A stretch of DNA of 56,689 nucleotides from Bacteroidaceae bacterium (GTDB lineage Bacteria; Bacteroidota; Bacteroidia; Bacteroidales; Bacteroidaceae): contig JBGURN010000196.1 of NCBI GenBank assembly GCA_045131955.1, forward strand, positions 1 through 56,689, read 5' to 3'. A model generated the notes under the pieces. That model saw only the letters and a list, made by a program, of their open reading frames with translations, was not told the origin of the DNA and ran no database searches. A program made the translations under genes and the position numbers. Shown here piece by piece: positions 46,817 to 55,490 of the stretch. Each line of letters opens with the position of its first letter. Position 1 is the stretch's first letter.

Positions 46817-48682
46817 CTAGAATTTGAATACCCTGTATGAGTGGGGTTTGAGATGAACCCTGAAAGACCTCTCATTTGAGGTGCTGCGGCCCCACTGCAT
46901 TACACGTGAACCGTTGAGGTCCTCGCCTGAGAGCAGGTCCTTAAGTCCCTCTGACTGACAGAGTACGGTGATATCAACATCTTCATCCGAGAATGACTCT
47001 ACGATGAAGGTGTTGTTGTCATATATGAACAGTGACACGTTTGCAGGACCCTGAATACGTACCGGCACAGCCTTGGAACTCAGGTTCTGACGTATGCTGT
47101 TGAGCACCTGGACGGGCAGGTTATAGAGGTCGGCGAAATTGTCGGGTACCACCAGCAGGTATACGTTACCCTTGGAGTAGGCGTCACGGTGCAGCAGGGG
47201 CCATCCCAGTCCGCCGTCCATACCCGATACTATCTCCCATGAGTCATTGGTCTTGTACATGACCTGCTGCATGAGTATGGGCTTGGATACGTTCACGATC
47301 TGACCACCTGTCATAAAGCCCGATACAAGGGCCTTGCGGTCGGTATACTCCAGGTCAACTATCTTCTCAATGCCCTTACCCTGCATGGCACGCAGGAATC
47401 CTGCAGTGATCATCACATCCTTGCCTGAACGCAAATGCTTGTCCATCTTACTGATTATGTCAGGGTCAGCCTTGGCCTGCTCGGTCAGTATGACCATGGG
47501 TGCATCGGTCGGGAACTCGGGTACTATATCCATGGGAATGCCTATCATACCGAAATAGTTCTGGAGGAACTCCTCACCGGTAGACTGGTAAGGCTTGTAG
47601 CTCTTGATTCCGATGGGATTGCCCAGCAGGCCGATGGTACGGTCAACCTCCTCCATGGTAAAGCCCGCTGCCCTTGCCATAGTGGTGGGGGTAACCTCCT
47701 TACCGTTGATATTTACCGGTTTCATCATATCATCGTAGCTGAAACTGGTACCGCCGGCATCCTGCCAGGGACCACGATATGAACTGCGCAGGGGGCTGAG
47801 CATCTGACGGTAGTCAAAGAAGGTCATCTCAGGTGCCTTGGCAAAGACGGTGAGCCAGAGCTGCTCGCTGTAACGTTCCATATAACGCATTCCGCCTGTA
47901 TCGACCCAACCGCCGCCGTTGTGGCCGGGGTTCAGGTTATCGAAATACCTCCATATAAGATAGCTCTCATAAGGCTGCAGGTGCTGGTTGCTGCGTACGG
48001 CGTCACGGGTCTCGGTTCCGGTGTAGATACCGTCAAAGTGCTTGGGGCCAAAGTCCAGGTCGAATCCCAAAGCAGGGAAATGGTCATACCAGTTGGGGTA
48101 TTTGATAACCACCTTGACATTCTTGTTGACCTTCTTGGCAGGACCCAGGATCACGTTCATAGCGGCGTCATCCATCAGTTCCAGACGGTAATCGGTCCAG
48201 GAACGGTCACCCTTGGCCTCGACGCAATAGTCGCATTTGCAGTCGGTAAAGAAGAAGTCGTCAAGGATGATCTCGTCAAACAGACTGGCGGTGAGTTCGA
48301 TGATTTCCTGAGCTTTGGCCCTCTCCTCAGGGTTCTTGTAACAGAATGTCTGGAAGTTGTTGGCCTCACTGATGGTATAGGTTATACCGCCAGCCACCTC
48401 GACGCCACGGTCCTTGAAGAACTTGATGATACGTTTCATGTCATCGGCCTTGACTATGTTAAGGTCACGATGGGTCTCAAGGTAAATCTTGTCGACTTTC
48501 ATCTGGGACGAGATGATGTTCCAGGTCGAATCCAGCCAGGCGGGATCGGTCATGTTCTGAACCTCGTATGCACGCGTGTAGATGGATACCTTGAAGTTGT
48601 CGTACTTGCCCTTATCTGCGGTTTTGGACATAACCGGCAAACACAGAAGTGTAAGGGCCAGGAGAATTCTTGATGATTTCAT
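46817..48682 (-). CDS. secreted hypothetical protein (621 aa), possibly TIM-barrel glycoside-hydrolase-like
   Basis: Has a signal peptide and a long uninterrupted ORF with normal codon usage. The alternating beta/alpha pattern in the N-terminal 300 aa is only suggestive, and I recognise no signature motif. Confidence 0.6.
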   Translation of the reverse strand: MKSSRILLALTLLCLPVMSKTADKGKYDNFKVSIYTRAYEVQNMTDPAWLDSTWNIISSQMKVDKIYLETHRDLNIVKADDMKRIIKFFKDRGVEVAGGITYTISEANNFQTFCYKNPEERAKAQEIIELTASLFDEIILDDFFFTDCKCDYCVEAKGDRSWTDYRLELMDDAAMNVILGPAKKVNKNVKVVIKYPNWYDHFPALGFDLDFGPKHFDGIYTGTETRDAVRSNQHLQPYESYLIWRYFDNLNPGHNGGGWVDTGGMRYMERYSEQLWLTVFAKAPEMTFFDYRQMLSPLRSSYRGPWQDAGGTSFSYDDMMKPVNINGKEVTPTTMARAAGFTMEEVDRTIGLLGNPIGIKSYKPYQSTGEEFLQNYFGMIGIPMDIVPEFPTDAPMVILTEQAKADPDIISKMDKHLRSGKDVMITAGFLRAMQGKGIEKIVDLEYTDRKALVSGFMTGGQIVNVSKPILMQQVMYKTNDSWEIVSGMDGGLGWPLLHRDAYSKGNVYLLVVPDNFADLYNLPVQVLNSIRQNLSSKAVPVRIQGPANVSLFIYDNNTFIVESFSDEDVDITVLCQSEGLKDLLSGEDLNGSRVMQWGRSTSNERSFRVHLKPHSYRVFKF

Positions 48683-48742
48683 AAAGCGGTAATTTAGGTT
48701 AATTTATTTGTCTGTAGGATACTTGGTTAGTAGGTACAGCGG

Positions 48743-48750
48743 CAAATATA
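48743..48750 (-). promoter_or_regulatory. putative -7 box (TATATTTG on the minus strand) for the 621-aa gene
   Basis: Plus-strand CAAATATA, 60 nt upstream of the ATG at 48682. Confidence 0.4.
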
Positions 48751-48772
48751 GTCAAAATAGCGAAAAAAGAAC

Positions 48773-48780
48773 TATCTTTG
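48773..48780 (+). promoter_or_regulatory. putative -7 box TATCTTTG upstream of PAP2 paralog 2
   Basis: Exact TAnnTTTG. The track ORF's TTG start (48778) lies inside it. Confidence 0.45.
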
Positions 48781-48828
48781 CCATGCATGAAACTTTTGTC
48801 TGATAGCTACACTATTAACCTAAATTAT

Positions 48829-50232
48829 ATGATCAGAAGAATCACACGACTGTTTGCTGCTGCCGCGCTGCTGATGGTTTGCGGCAAAAGCTATGCACAG
48901 ACCGAGAAAGACTCCGTCTATGTTTTCCTCCAAGATATGCCCGATGCCGGCATCTATCTCCCGCCACCACCAACCATGACAAGCCCCACCTATGCCGATG
49001 ACTTTGCACAGTGGCAATGGGGTAAGACCGTACGTCCTACCGCGCGCGGTCAGCAGGCCAATGATGACTCCCAGTGGGGTATTGACGGCATGATCAGGGT
49101 TCATTCAGGTACACTGGGCTTTGAGATAAGCAAGGAAAAGACACCTGCCATCTACAGACTGCTCTATAACGTGCTGTGGACTGAGAACGAGAGCACCCAT
49201 AATGCCAAGCGCAAGTACATGCGTACCCGTCCGTTCGCCCAGTACAACGAACACACATGGGGAAGATTTGACAACGAGCGCGAGCTCCGTTTCAACGGTT
49301 CCTATCCATCGGGACATACATCACTCGGATGGTCTACCGCCCTGGTACTTTCTGAGATGGTTCCCGAGCTGCAGGACACCCTGCTCCGCTCCGGTTACCA
49401 GTATGGTGAGAGCCGTGTCATTGTAGGCGCTCACTATCAGAGTGATGTCGACGCCGGTTTCCTGTGCGGAACCACTGCCGTTGCCGTAATGCATGCCAGT
49501 CCCTATTTCCAGAAGGACCTTGAGGCAGCCCGTAAGGAGTACTGCAAGATCAAGGGTATCAAGAATGTAAGCCAGACAGAGGGATTCCCCGATGGAACCA
49601 AGATTTTTGACGGTCCGATTACCGAGGAGAGCCACCGATTCTACGGCGACATCATAAAGTACTACGAGACTCTTGAGGAGAGGGAAACAGAGCGTGGCGA
49701 GCAGGCCAAGGCCGATGCAGACAACAGCGTGGATGCCATGATGAAGTCTTTCAGCACTCCTGCATTTGAGATAAGCCGCGAGTCCAATCCTGCCATCGCA
49801 GCTCTTCTTGACTACACAAGGGAGAACCTCATCAAAACCGCCGGTGAATTGGGCAGTTCCTCATTCCGCGAGCGTCCTTATGTAAGACTCAATCCCCGCA
49901 GGAACAAGACCCTGATCCCCGACGATGAGGATACCTATAAAGAGACTACCAGTTATCCGTCTGTACACTCAGAGATTGGTTGGGGACTCGCCCTCCTGTT
50001 GGTGGAGATAGGTCCTCGTGAGGCAGCCAACGATATACTTGGTCGCGGATTCGAGTATGGCCGCAGCCGCATCATTGCCGGTTACAGCTATCCCAGTGAT
50101 GTCCAGATAGCCCGTCTGTGGGCATCGGCCACACTGGCCCACCTGCATACCGTTCCGGAATTCCAGAAACTCCTGCAGGCCGCAAAGGATGAACTCAATC
50201 CTCCTGCCAAAGGCAAAAAGAAAAAGAAATAA
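48829..50232 (+). CDS. secreted tandem-domain PAP2 (class A acid phosphatase-like) protein, paralog 2
   Basis: The start is at MIRRITRLFAAAALL (signal peptide). The N-domain has KRKYMRTRP / PSGH / SRVIVGAHYQSD. The C-domain is degenerate (FRERP / PSVH / SRIIAGYSYPSD). The protein ends in a poly-Lys tail, KGKKKKK. Confidence 0.8.
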   Translation: MIRRITRLFAAAALLMVCGKSYAQTEKDSVYVFLQDMPDAGIYLPPPPTMTSPTYADDFAQWQWGKTVRPTARGQQANDDSQWGIDGMIRVHSGTLGFEISKEKTPAIYRLLYNVLWTENESTHNAKRKYMRTRPFAQYNEHTWGRFDNERELRFNGSYPSGHTSLGWSTALVLSEMVPELQDTLLRSGYQYGESRVIVGAHYQSDVDAGFLCGTTAVAVMHASPYFQKDLEAARKEYCKIKGIKNVSQTEGFPDGTKIFDGPITEESHRFYGDIIKYYETLEERETERGEQAKADADNSVDAMMKSFSTPAFEISRESNPAIAALLDYTRENLIKTAGELGSSSFRERPYVRLNPRRNKTLIPDDEDTYKETTSYPSVHSEIGWGLALLLVEIGPREAANDILGRGFEYGRSRIIAGYSYPSDVQIARLWASATLAHLHTVPEFQKLLQAAKDELNPPAKGKKKKK

Positions 50233-50251
50233 TCAGTCCCTGCACTGACAT

Positions 50252-50288
50252 AAAAAAACGGCGGCTACCCCTCGGTAACCGCCGTTTT
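50252..50288. terminator. bidirectional terminator between PAP2 paralog 2 and the GNAT gene
   Basis: AAAACGGCGG-cTACC-cctc-GGTAa-CCGCCGTTTT, with an A-run before and a T-run after. It overlaps the last codons of the GNAT gene. Confidence 0.65.
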
Positions 50289-50801
50289 AACATCCAAACC
50301 CATGATGTAGTCGTTCATAAAAAAACCGTTACCAATGGGAAAATCACCCTGACGAAGAATTGTCAGGCCCTGTTTTTTATAGAATCCAACAGCGGGATTA
50401 TTGCGGTTCACATTCAGTTCCACCCTCGCTTTTTGAGTGATTTTATAGTTAAATACGTGTTGTTTAACCGTTTCCAAAAGCATGCTTCCCAAACCCTTAC
50501 CCTGGGCCGATGGCATTACATAAATCTTTTCCAGATGCCAAACCTCAGTACCATCCTGATCAACTGAATCCTTGCGCACCGAAACATACCCCTGAGGTTC
50601 AGAACCGTTCCAGGCGATGTAATAAGTATGCCCCTGAACCACCTGTTTCTCAAGATTAGGAAGAGAATACATCCAATCCATCATATACTCCATCTGCTCC
50701 GGTGATAAAATTGTCTTATAAGTCTCACGGAACACCACCTCCGCCATGTCATGTATTACCTGAAGGTCTGCATCCGAAGCACGTCTGATCACTATATCCA
50801 T
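50265..50801 (-). CDS. GNAT-family N-acetyltransferase
   Basis: 178 aa with the acetyl-CoA motif VMPSAQGKGLGSMLLE and an overall GNAT pattern. Confidence 0.85.
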   Translation of the reverse strand: MDIVIRRASDADLQVIHDMAEVVFRETYKTILSPEQMEYMMDWMYSLPNLEKQVVQGHTYYIAWNGSEPQGYVSVRKDSVDQDGTEVWHLEKIYVMPSAQGKGLGSMLLETVKQHVFNYKITQKARVELNVNRNNPAVGFYKKQGLTILRQGDFPIGNGFFMNDYIMGLDVKTAVTEG

Positions 50802-50817
50802 TTGGCATCATTTTCGG

Positions 50818-50825
50818 CAAAAATA
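50818..50825 (-). promoter_or_regulatory. putative -7 box (TATTTTTG on the minus strand) for the GNAT gene
   Basis: Plus-strand CAAAAATA, 16 nt upstream of the ATG at 50801. Confidence 0.4.
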
Positions 50826-50841
50826 CTACAAATGAGCCAAA

Positions 50842-51123
50842 GGAATATAATAGTGCTGTCTCTCTTTGTATTTGGAACTCCGCAGAGTATCCGGTTTGAG
50901 GACGCAACGTTCCGAGGCTACTCCGGACCTCTCCGGACCCTAAACGTCGAACGCCTCCTTTTTAGTCCCCTTCGGGGCCTAACAGTCGTTAAACGAAGCG
51001 CCGTTTTTAACGGGATCCTCCAAGGCCCTCCGCTTACGCCTCTGCACTGATGGTCCTCAAACCGGATACTCTGCTACTGCAGCTAGGAAGAGAATACAAA
51101 GAGAGACAGCACTATTATCTTCC
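50842..51123. repeat. 282-bp element bounded by bipartite long inverted repeats (26-bp and 22-bp perfect arms) with a structured 149-nt core
   Basis: 50847-50872 (ATAATAGTGCTGTCTCTCTTTGTATT) is the exact reverse complement of 51093-51118. 50882-50903 (GCAGAGTATCCGGTTTGAGGAC) is the exact reverse complement of 51053-51074. The outer GGAA/TTCC pairs extend the element to 50842/51123. Confidence 0.9.
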
Positions 51124-51140
51124 ATTCCAAGAATTTGCAG

Positions 51141-51148
51141 TAAATTTG
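51141..51148 (+). promoter_or_regulatory. putative -7 box TAAATTTG upstream of mnmG
   Basis: Exact TAnnTTTG only 8 nt before the ATG at 51157, which would imply a near-leaderless mRNA. Confidence 0.35.
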
Positions 51149-51156
51149 TAGTTTGT

Positions 51157-53031
51157 ATGGACTTTAAGTATGACGTTATTGTAATCGGTGCGGGTCACGC
51201 GGGTTGCGAGGCCGCTGCTGCCGCTGCTCAGATGGGTTCCAAGACCTGTCTCATTACCATGGATATGAACAAGATTGGGCAAATGAGCTGCAATCCTGCA
51301 GTTGGCGGCATAGCTAAAGGACAGATTGTCAGAGAGATAGATGCTCTTGGCGGTCATATGGGACTCGTCACTGACAGAACCGCCATACAGTTCCGCATAC
51401 TTAACCGCTCCAAAGGCCCCGCCATGTGGAGCCCCCGTGCCCAGTGTGACCGTGCCAAGTTCATTTGGGCATGGCGCAGTGTACTGGAGAACCAGCCCAA
51501 CCTCCATATATGGCAGGATACCGTTACCGAATTGCTCGTAAAAGACGGCCAAGTAACTGGTTTAAAGACACTTGAGGGCGCTGAGTTCAGTTGCAGGTGC
51601 GTGGTTCTTACTGCGGGAACATTCCTGAACGGACTCATGCACATAGGTCGTGTAACCATGCCCGGCGGACGTATATCGGAACCCGCATCATACCTCCTTA
51701 CAGAATCCATAACCCGACACGGAATACGTACCGGCCGCATGAAGACCGGAACCCCCGTGCGTATAGACAGCCGCAGCGTCCATTTTGAGGAGATGGAACG
51801 TCAGGACGGCGAGAACGATTTCCACCGTTTCTCATTCATGGGCTCCGAGCGCCATCTCAAGCAGATGTGCTGCTGGACCACCTACACCAACGAACGTGTC
51901 CATGAGGTACTCAAGTCCGGACTTGCCGACTCACCTCTGTTCAACGGACAGATCAAGAGTATAGGTCCCCGTTACTGTCCCAGCATAGAGACCAAGCTCG
52001 TTACATTCCCCGACCGCGATCAGCACCAGCTGTTCCTGGAGCCCGAGGGTGAGGACACCAATGAGATGTACCTGAACGGATTCTCATCATCCATGCCCAT
52101 GGATATCCAGATCCGCGCCCTGAAAGAGATCCCCGCATTCCGTGACCTGGTGATTTACCGCCCCGGATATGCCATAGAGTATGACTACTTTGATCCCACC
52201 CAGCTTAAGCATACCCTTGAGTCAAAGGTCGTATCGGGCCTGTTCATGGCAGGACAGGTAAACGGTACCACAGGTTATGAGGAGGCTGGAGGACAGGGTA
52301 TCCTGGCAGGAATCAACGCACACATAAGCTGCCACGGTGGCAAGCCGTTCACCCTTGCCCGTGACGAGGCCTACATAGGCGTGCTTGTTGACGACCTTAT
52401 CACAAAGGGTGTTGATGAACCCTACCGCATGTTCACCTCCAGGGCCGAGTACCGCATACTTTTACGTCAGGATGATGCAGATATACGACTTACCGGGCGT
52501 TCATATGAGGCCGGACTTGCCACCAGAGAGAGATATGACCATATGTGCTCCAAGCGTGACGAGATTAACCGCATAGTGGAATTCGCCAAGGGATTCTCGG
52601 TAAAGCCTGCCCTGATAAACGGCGCACTCGAGCAGTTGGGCACCACACCTCTGCGTGAGGGATGCAAGCTGGCCGACCTGATTGAGAGGCCTCAGCTTAC
52701 ACTTGAAAACCTTTCTGAACACATCAGGACTCTCAAGGCAGAACTTGACAAGACTCCCGCAGACCGCAGGGATGAGATAGTCGAGGCCGCAGAGATTCTT
52801 ATGAAATACAGCGGATACATAAGCCGCGAGCGAATGATTGCAGGCAAGATGAAACGCCTGGAGGATATCCGCATAAAGGGACGTTTTGATTACAGTACGC
52901 TGCAGTCGCTCTCCACTGAGTGCCGCCAGAAACTGATCAAGCATGACCCCGAAACCCTTGCAGAGGCAAGCCGCATACCCGGTGTCTCACCCAGCGACAT
53001 CAATGTCCTGCTTGTGCTTCTGAACCGATAA
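51157..53031 (+). CDS. mnmG: tRNA uridine 5-carboxymethylaminomethyl modification enzyme MnmG (GidA)
   Basis: 624 aa with the FAD motif VIVIGAGHAGCEAA and a full-length GidA-like sequence. Confidence 0.93.
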   Translation: MDFKYDVIVIGAGHAGCEAAAAAAQMGSKTCLITMDMNKIGQMSCNPAVGGIAKGQIVREIDALGGHMGLVTDRTAIQFRILNRSKGPAMWSPRAQCDRAKFIWAWRSVLENQPNLHIWQDTVTELLVKDGQVTGLKTLEGAEFSCRCVVLTAGTFLNGLMHIGRVTMPGGRISEPASYLLTESITRHGIRTGRMKTGTPVRIDSRSVHFEEMERQDGENDFHRFSFMGSERHLKQMCCWTTYTNERVHEVLKSGLADSPLFNGQIKSIGPRYCPSIETKLVTFPDRDQHQLFLEPEGEDTNEMYLNGFSSSMPMDIQIRALKEIPAFRDLVIYRPGYAIEYDYFDPTQLKHTLESKVVSGLFMAGQVNGTTGYEEAGGQGILAGINAHISCHGGKPFTLARDEAYIGVLVDDLITKGVDEPYRMFTSRAEYRILLRQDDADIRLTGRSYEAGLATRERYDHMCSKRDEINRIVEFAKGFSVKPALINGALEQLGTTPLREGCKLADLIERPQLTLENLSEHIRTLKAELDKTPADRRDEIVEAAEILMKYSGYISRERMIAGKMKRLEDIRIKGRFDYSTLQSLSTECRQKLIKHDPETLAEASRIPGVSPSDINVLLVLLNR

Positions 53032-53036
53032 ATTTG
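53029..53036 (+). promoter_or_regulatory. putative -7 box TAAATTTG upstream of apt (overlaps the mnmG stop codon)
   Basis: Exact TAnnTTTG, 30 nt upstream of the ATG at 53067. Confidence 0.4.
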
Positions 53037-53066
53037 AAAATGTTCCACGTGAAACAATTCTAAAAT

Positions 53067-53615
53067 ATGAGCAAACAGACACTTATCAGCCACCTCCGTA
53101 ACGTTCCGGACTATCCTATGGAGGGCGTGCAGTTCAAGGATGTGACATCCTGGTTCATGAATCCCGACGATCTTGCAGAGATTGTTGATTCACTCTACGA
53201 GATGTACAAGGACAAAGGTATTACCAAGGTCTGCGGCGTAGAATCAAGAGGTTTCATTATCGGTGCGGCACTGGCATACAGGCTGGGCGCCGGATTCATA
53301 CTGATACGCAAGCCCGGAAAACTGCCTTACGAGAAGGTAAGCCTTGAATACAAGAAGGAGTATGGATTTGACCGTATAGAGATGCACAACGACTCTATCA
53401 CAAACAATGACGTGGTTCTCATACATGACGACCTTCTTGCCACAGGCGGCACACTCCTGGCTTCATGTGAGCTTGTCAAGACTTTCAAGCCCAGAAAGAT
53501 CATGGTAAACTGCATCATCGAGCTTACCAACTTCCACGCCAAGGAGAGATTCCCCGAGGATTGCCCTGTGGACAGCTTCATTGAGATTGACGAATTTGAC
53601 GGAGTCAAGTATTGA
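53067..53615 (+). CDS. apt: adenine phosphoribosyltransferase
   Basis: 182 aa with the PRPP motif VVLIHDDLLATGGT and an Apt-like N-terminus (..YPMEGVQFKDVT). Confidence 0.9.
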   Translation: MSKQTLISHLRNVPDYPMEGVQFKDVTSWFMNPDDLAEIVDSLYEMYKDKGITKVCGVESRGFIIGAALAYRLGAGFILIRKPGKLPYEKVSLEYKKEYGFDRIEMHNDSITNNDVVLIHDDLLATGGTLLASCELVKTFKPRKIMVNCIIELTNFHAKERFPEDCPVDSFIEIDEFDGVKY

Positions 53616-55432
53616 AAGGCAAAGAGGCATACGAGAAACGGCTTAAGCTGATTGTTCAGAACCTGCCGGAAAAGCCCGGATGCTACCAGTATCTGGACGA
53701 GCAGGGTACTGTCATATACGTTGGCAAGGCCAAGAATCTTAAACGGAGGGTCTCCTCATACTTCATAAAGGAGAACCAGACCGATAAGACCCGTATGCTT
53801 GTGAGTCGCATATCGGACCTTAAGTATATTGTGGTTGAGACGGAGTGGGATGCATTCCTGCTTGAGAACAACCTTATAAAACGATACAAACCCCGTTACA
53901 ACATACTCCTCAAGGACGACAAGACATATCCTTCAATCTGTATTACCAAGGAGGAATTCCCACGTGTATTCAAGACCCGTAAGATCATACGCAACGGTTC
54001 GGAATATTACGGCCCGTATAGCCATGTGGGTACTCTCAACGGACTTCTGCAGATAATCGCCCAGGCATATAAGATAAGGACATGCCACCTGCCGCTTACT
54101 GAAAAAGGCATAAAGGAAGGCAAGTTCAAGGATTGTCTGGAGTATCATATCAAGAACTGTCCGGCACCATGCATTGGCGGAATGACAAGAGAGGAATATC
54201 TCGCTCAGATTTCTGAAATCCGCGAGATCCTCAAAGGCCGTAGCCAGGAACTTACCCGTGATATGATGAAGGAGATGAAACAGCTTGCCTCAAAAATGAA
54301 ATTTGAGGAGGCGCAGGCAATCAAGGACAAGTTCGATACCATCATGGAGTTCCGCGAAAAGAGCCGTGTGGTAGATACGGGACTTGACAATGTGGATGTC
54401 TATAACATAGACCGCGACGAGGATGTAGTATTTGTAAACTACCTCCATGTAGCCGACGGTTGCATAAACCAGGCTTTCACCTTTGAATACAAAAGCAAGA
54501 TGGACGAGTCGCTTGAGGAGATGCTCATGATGTCCATCGTAGAGATGAGGGCCCGATACCACAGCACTGCACGCGAGATTATAGTTCCATTAATGCCGGA
54601 GACCGAATTCAACGGTGTAACCTGGACTGTTCCGCAGAAAGGAGAGAAGAAAAAGCTCCTGGAACTGTCACAACTTAATGTCAAGCAGTACCGCGCAGAC
54701 CGTCTTAAGCGTAGCGACAAACTCAACCCCGAGCAGAAACATGTAAGGCTAATGAAAGAGCTGGGAACGCTGCTGGGACTTGAAAAGACTCCATTGCGCA
54801 TTGAGTGCTTTGACAACTCGCACATATCCGGGACCGATGCCGTAGCTGCCTGTGTGGTATACGAGAACGGCAAACCGTCACGAAAGGATTACCGTCTGTA
54901 CAATATCAAGAGCGGAGCGGGCGGCGATGATTACGGATCCATGTATGAGGTCATGATGCGACGTTGGATGAGAGACATTGAGGAGAATCAGCAACTGCCT
55001 GACCTTGTGATAGTTGACGGTGGCAAAGGACAGATGTCAATTGCTAAGGAAGTAATTGATAATCTGAATATTAGCATTAACATTGCAGGACTGGTAAAGA
55101 ACTCACGCCATAAGACTGAGGGACTGCTTTACGGATTCCCGCAAATGCAGGTGGGAGTAAAACCCGACAGTGAACTGTTCCGCCTTCTGGAGCAGATGCA
55201 GGAGGAGGTACACCGTGTAGCCATATCGTTCCACAAAAAGAAGCGTAGCAAACGGCAGACCCAGTCAGAACTCACCGGGATAAAGGGAATAGGCGAGAAC
55301 ACAGCCACTGCCCTTATCAAGAGATTCAAGAGTGTAAAAAGGGTATCAGAGGCCTCACTGGAGGAACTAGCCAATGAGATAGGCAACGCTAAAGCCCAAC
55401 TAATTAAAAACCATTTCCTTAATACCCCGTAG
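53612..55432 (+). CDS. uvrC: excinuclease ABC subunit C
   Basis: GIY-YIG domain ([30 protein letters not shown]), a UVR domain, an endonuclease V-like domain and a C-terminal (HhH)2. The apparent TTG start overlaps the apt stop (TTGA). Confidence 0.9.
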   Translation: MKGKEAYEKRLKLIVQNLPEKPGCYQYLDEQGTVIYVGKAKNLKRRVSSYFIKENQTDKTRMLVSRISDLKYIVVETEWDAFLLENNLIKRYKPRYNILLKDDKTYPSICITKEEFPRVFKTRKIIRNGSEYYGPYSHVGTLNGLLQIIAQAYKIRTCHLPLTEKGIKEGKFKDCLEYHIKNCPAPCIGGMTREEYLAQISEIREILKGRSQELTRDMMKEMKQLASKMKFEEAQAIKDKFDTIMEFREKSRVVDTGLDNVDVYNIDRDEDVVFVNYLHVADGCINQAFTFEYKSKMDESLEEMLMMSIVEMRARYHSTAREIIVPLMPETEFNGVTWTVPQKGEKKKLLELSQLNVKQYRADRLKRSDKLNPEQKHVRLMKELGTLLGLEKTPLRIECFDNSHISGTDAVAACVVYENGKPSRKDYRLYNIKSGAGGDDYGSMYEVMMRRWMRDIEENQQLPDLVIVDGGKGQMSIAKEVIDNLNISINIAGLVKNSRHKTEGLLYGFPQMQVGVKPDSELFRLLEQMQEEVHRVAISFHKKKRSKRQTQSELTGIKGIGENTATALIKRFKSVKRVSEASLEELANEIGNAKAQLIKNHFLNTP

Positions 55433-55490
55433 GGGTATGATACCGGTAGCCAGCCGTTTCAACGGCTGGATTACCAAAACGCCAAAAAAA

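Noticed and set aside
40716-50232. PAP2 paralogs as the ends of a composite transposon carrying frdCAB
   Set aside because: There are no transposase or IS termini, the paralogs are clearly diverged at the protein level, and the cargo is core respiratory machinery.
50751-51050. 99-aa plus-strand ORF running from inside the GNAT gene across the inverted-repeat element
   Set aside because: It begins antisense within the GNAT CDS, lies upstream of any plus-strand promoter box, and its sequence simply follows the repeat arms and GC-rich core. It has no protein-like features.
50904-51052. The core of the inverted-repeat element as an invertible promoter (inverton)
   Set aside because: This is only partly rejected. 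No TAnnTTTG box occurs on either strand inside the invertible segment, and both flanking promoters lie outside the repeats, so inversion would not obviously switch either gene. It is kept as a testable alternative in the finding.
55450-55469. Hairpin CCAGCCG-tttcaa-CGGCTGG between uvrC and dtd as a terminator
   Set aside because: It has only 7 bp and no following U-tract, and dtd has no separate promoter box. The genes are more likely co-transcribed.
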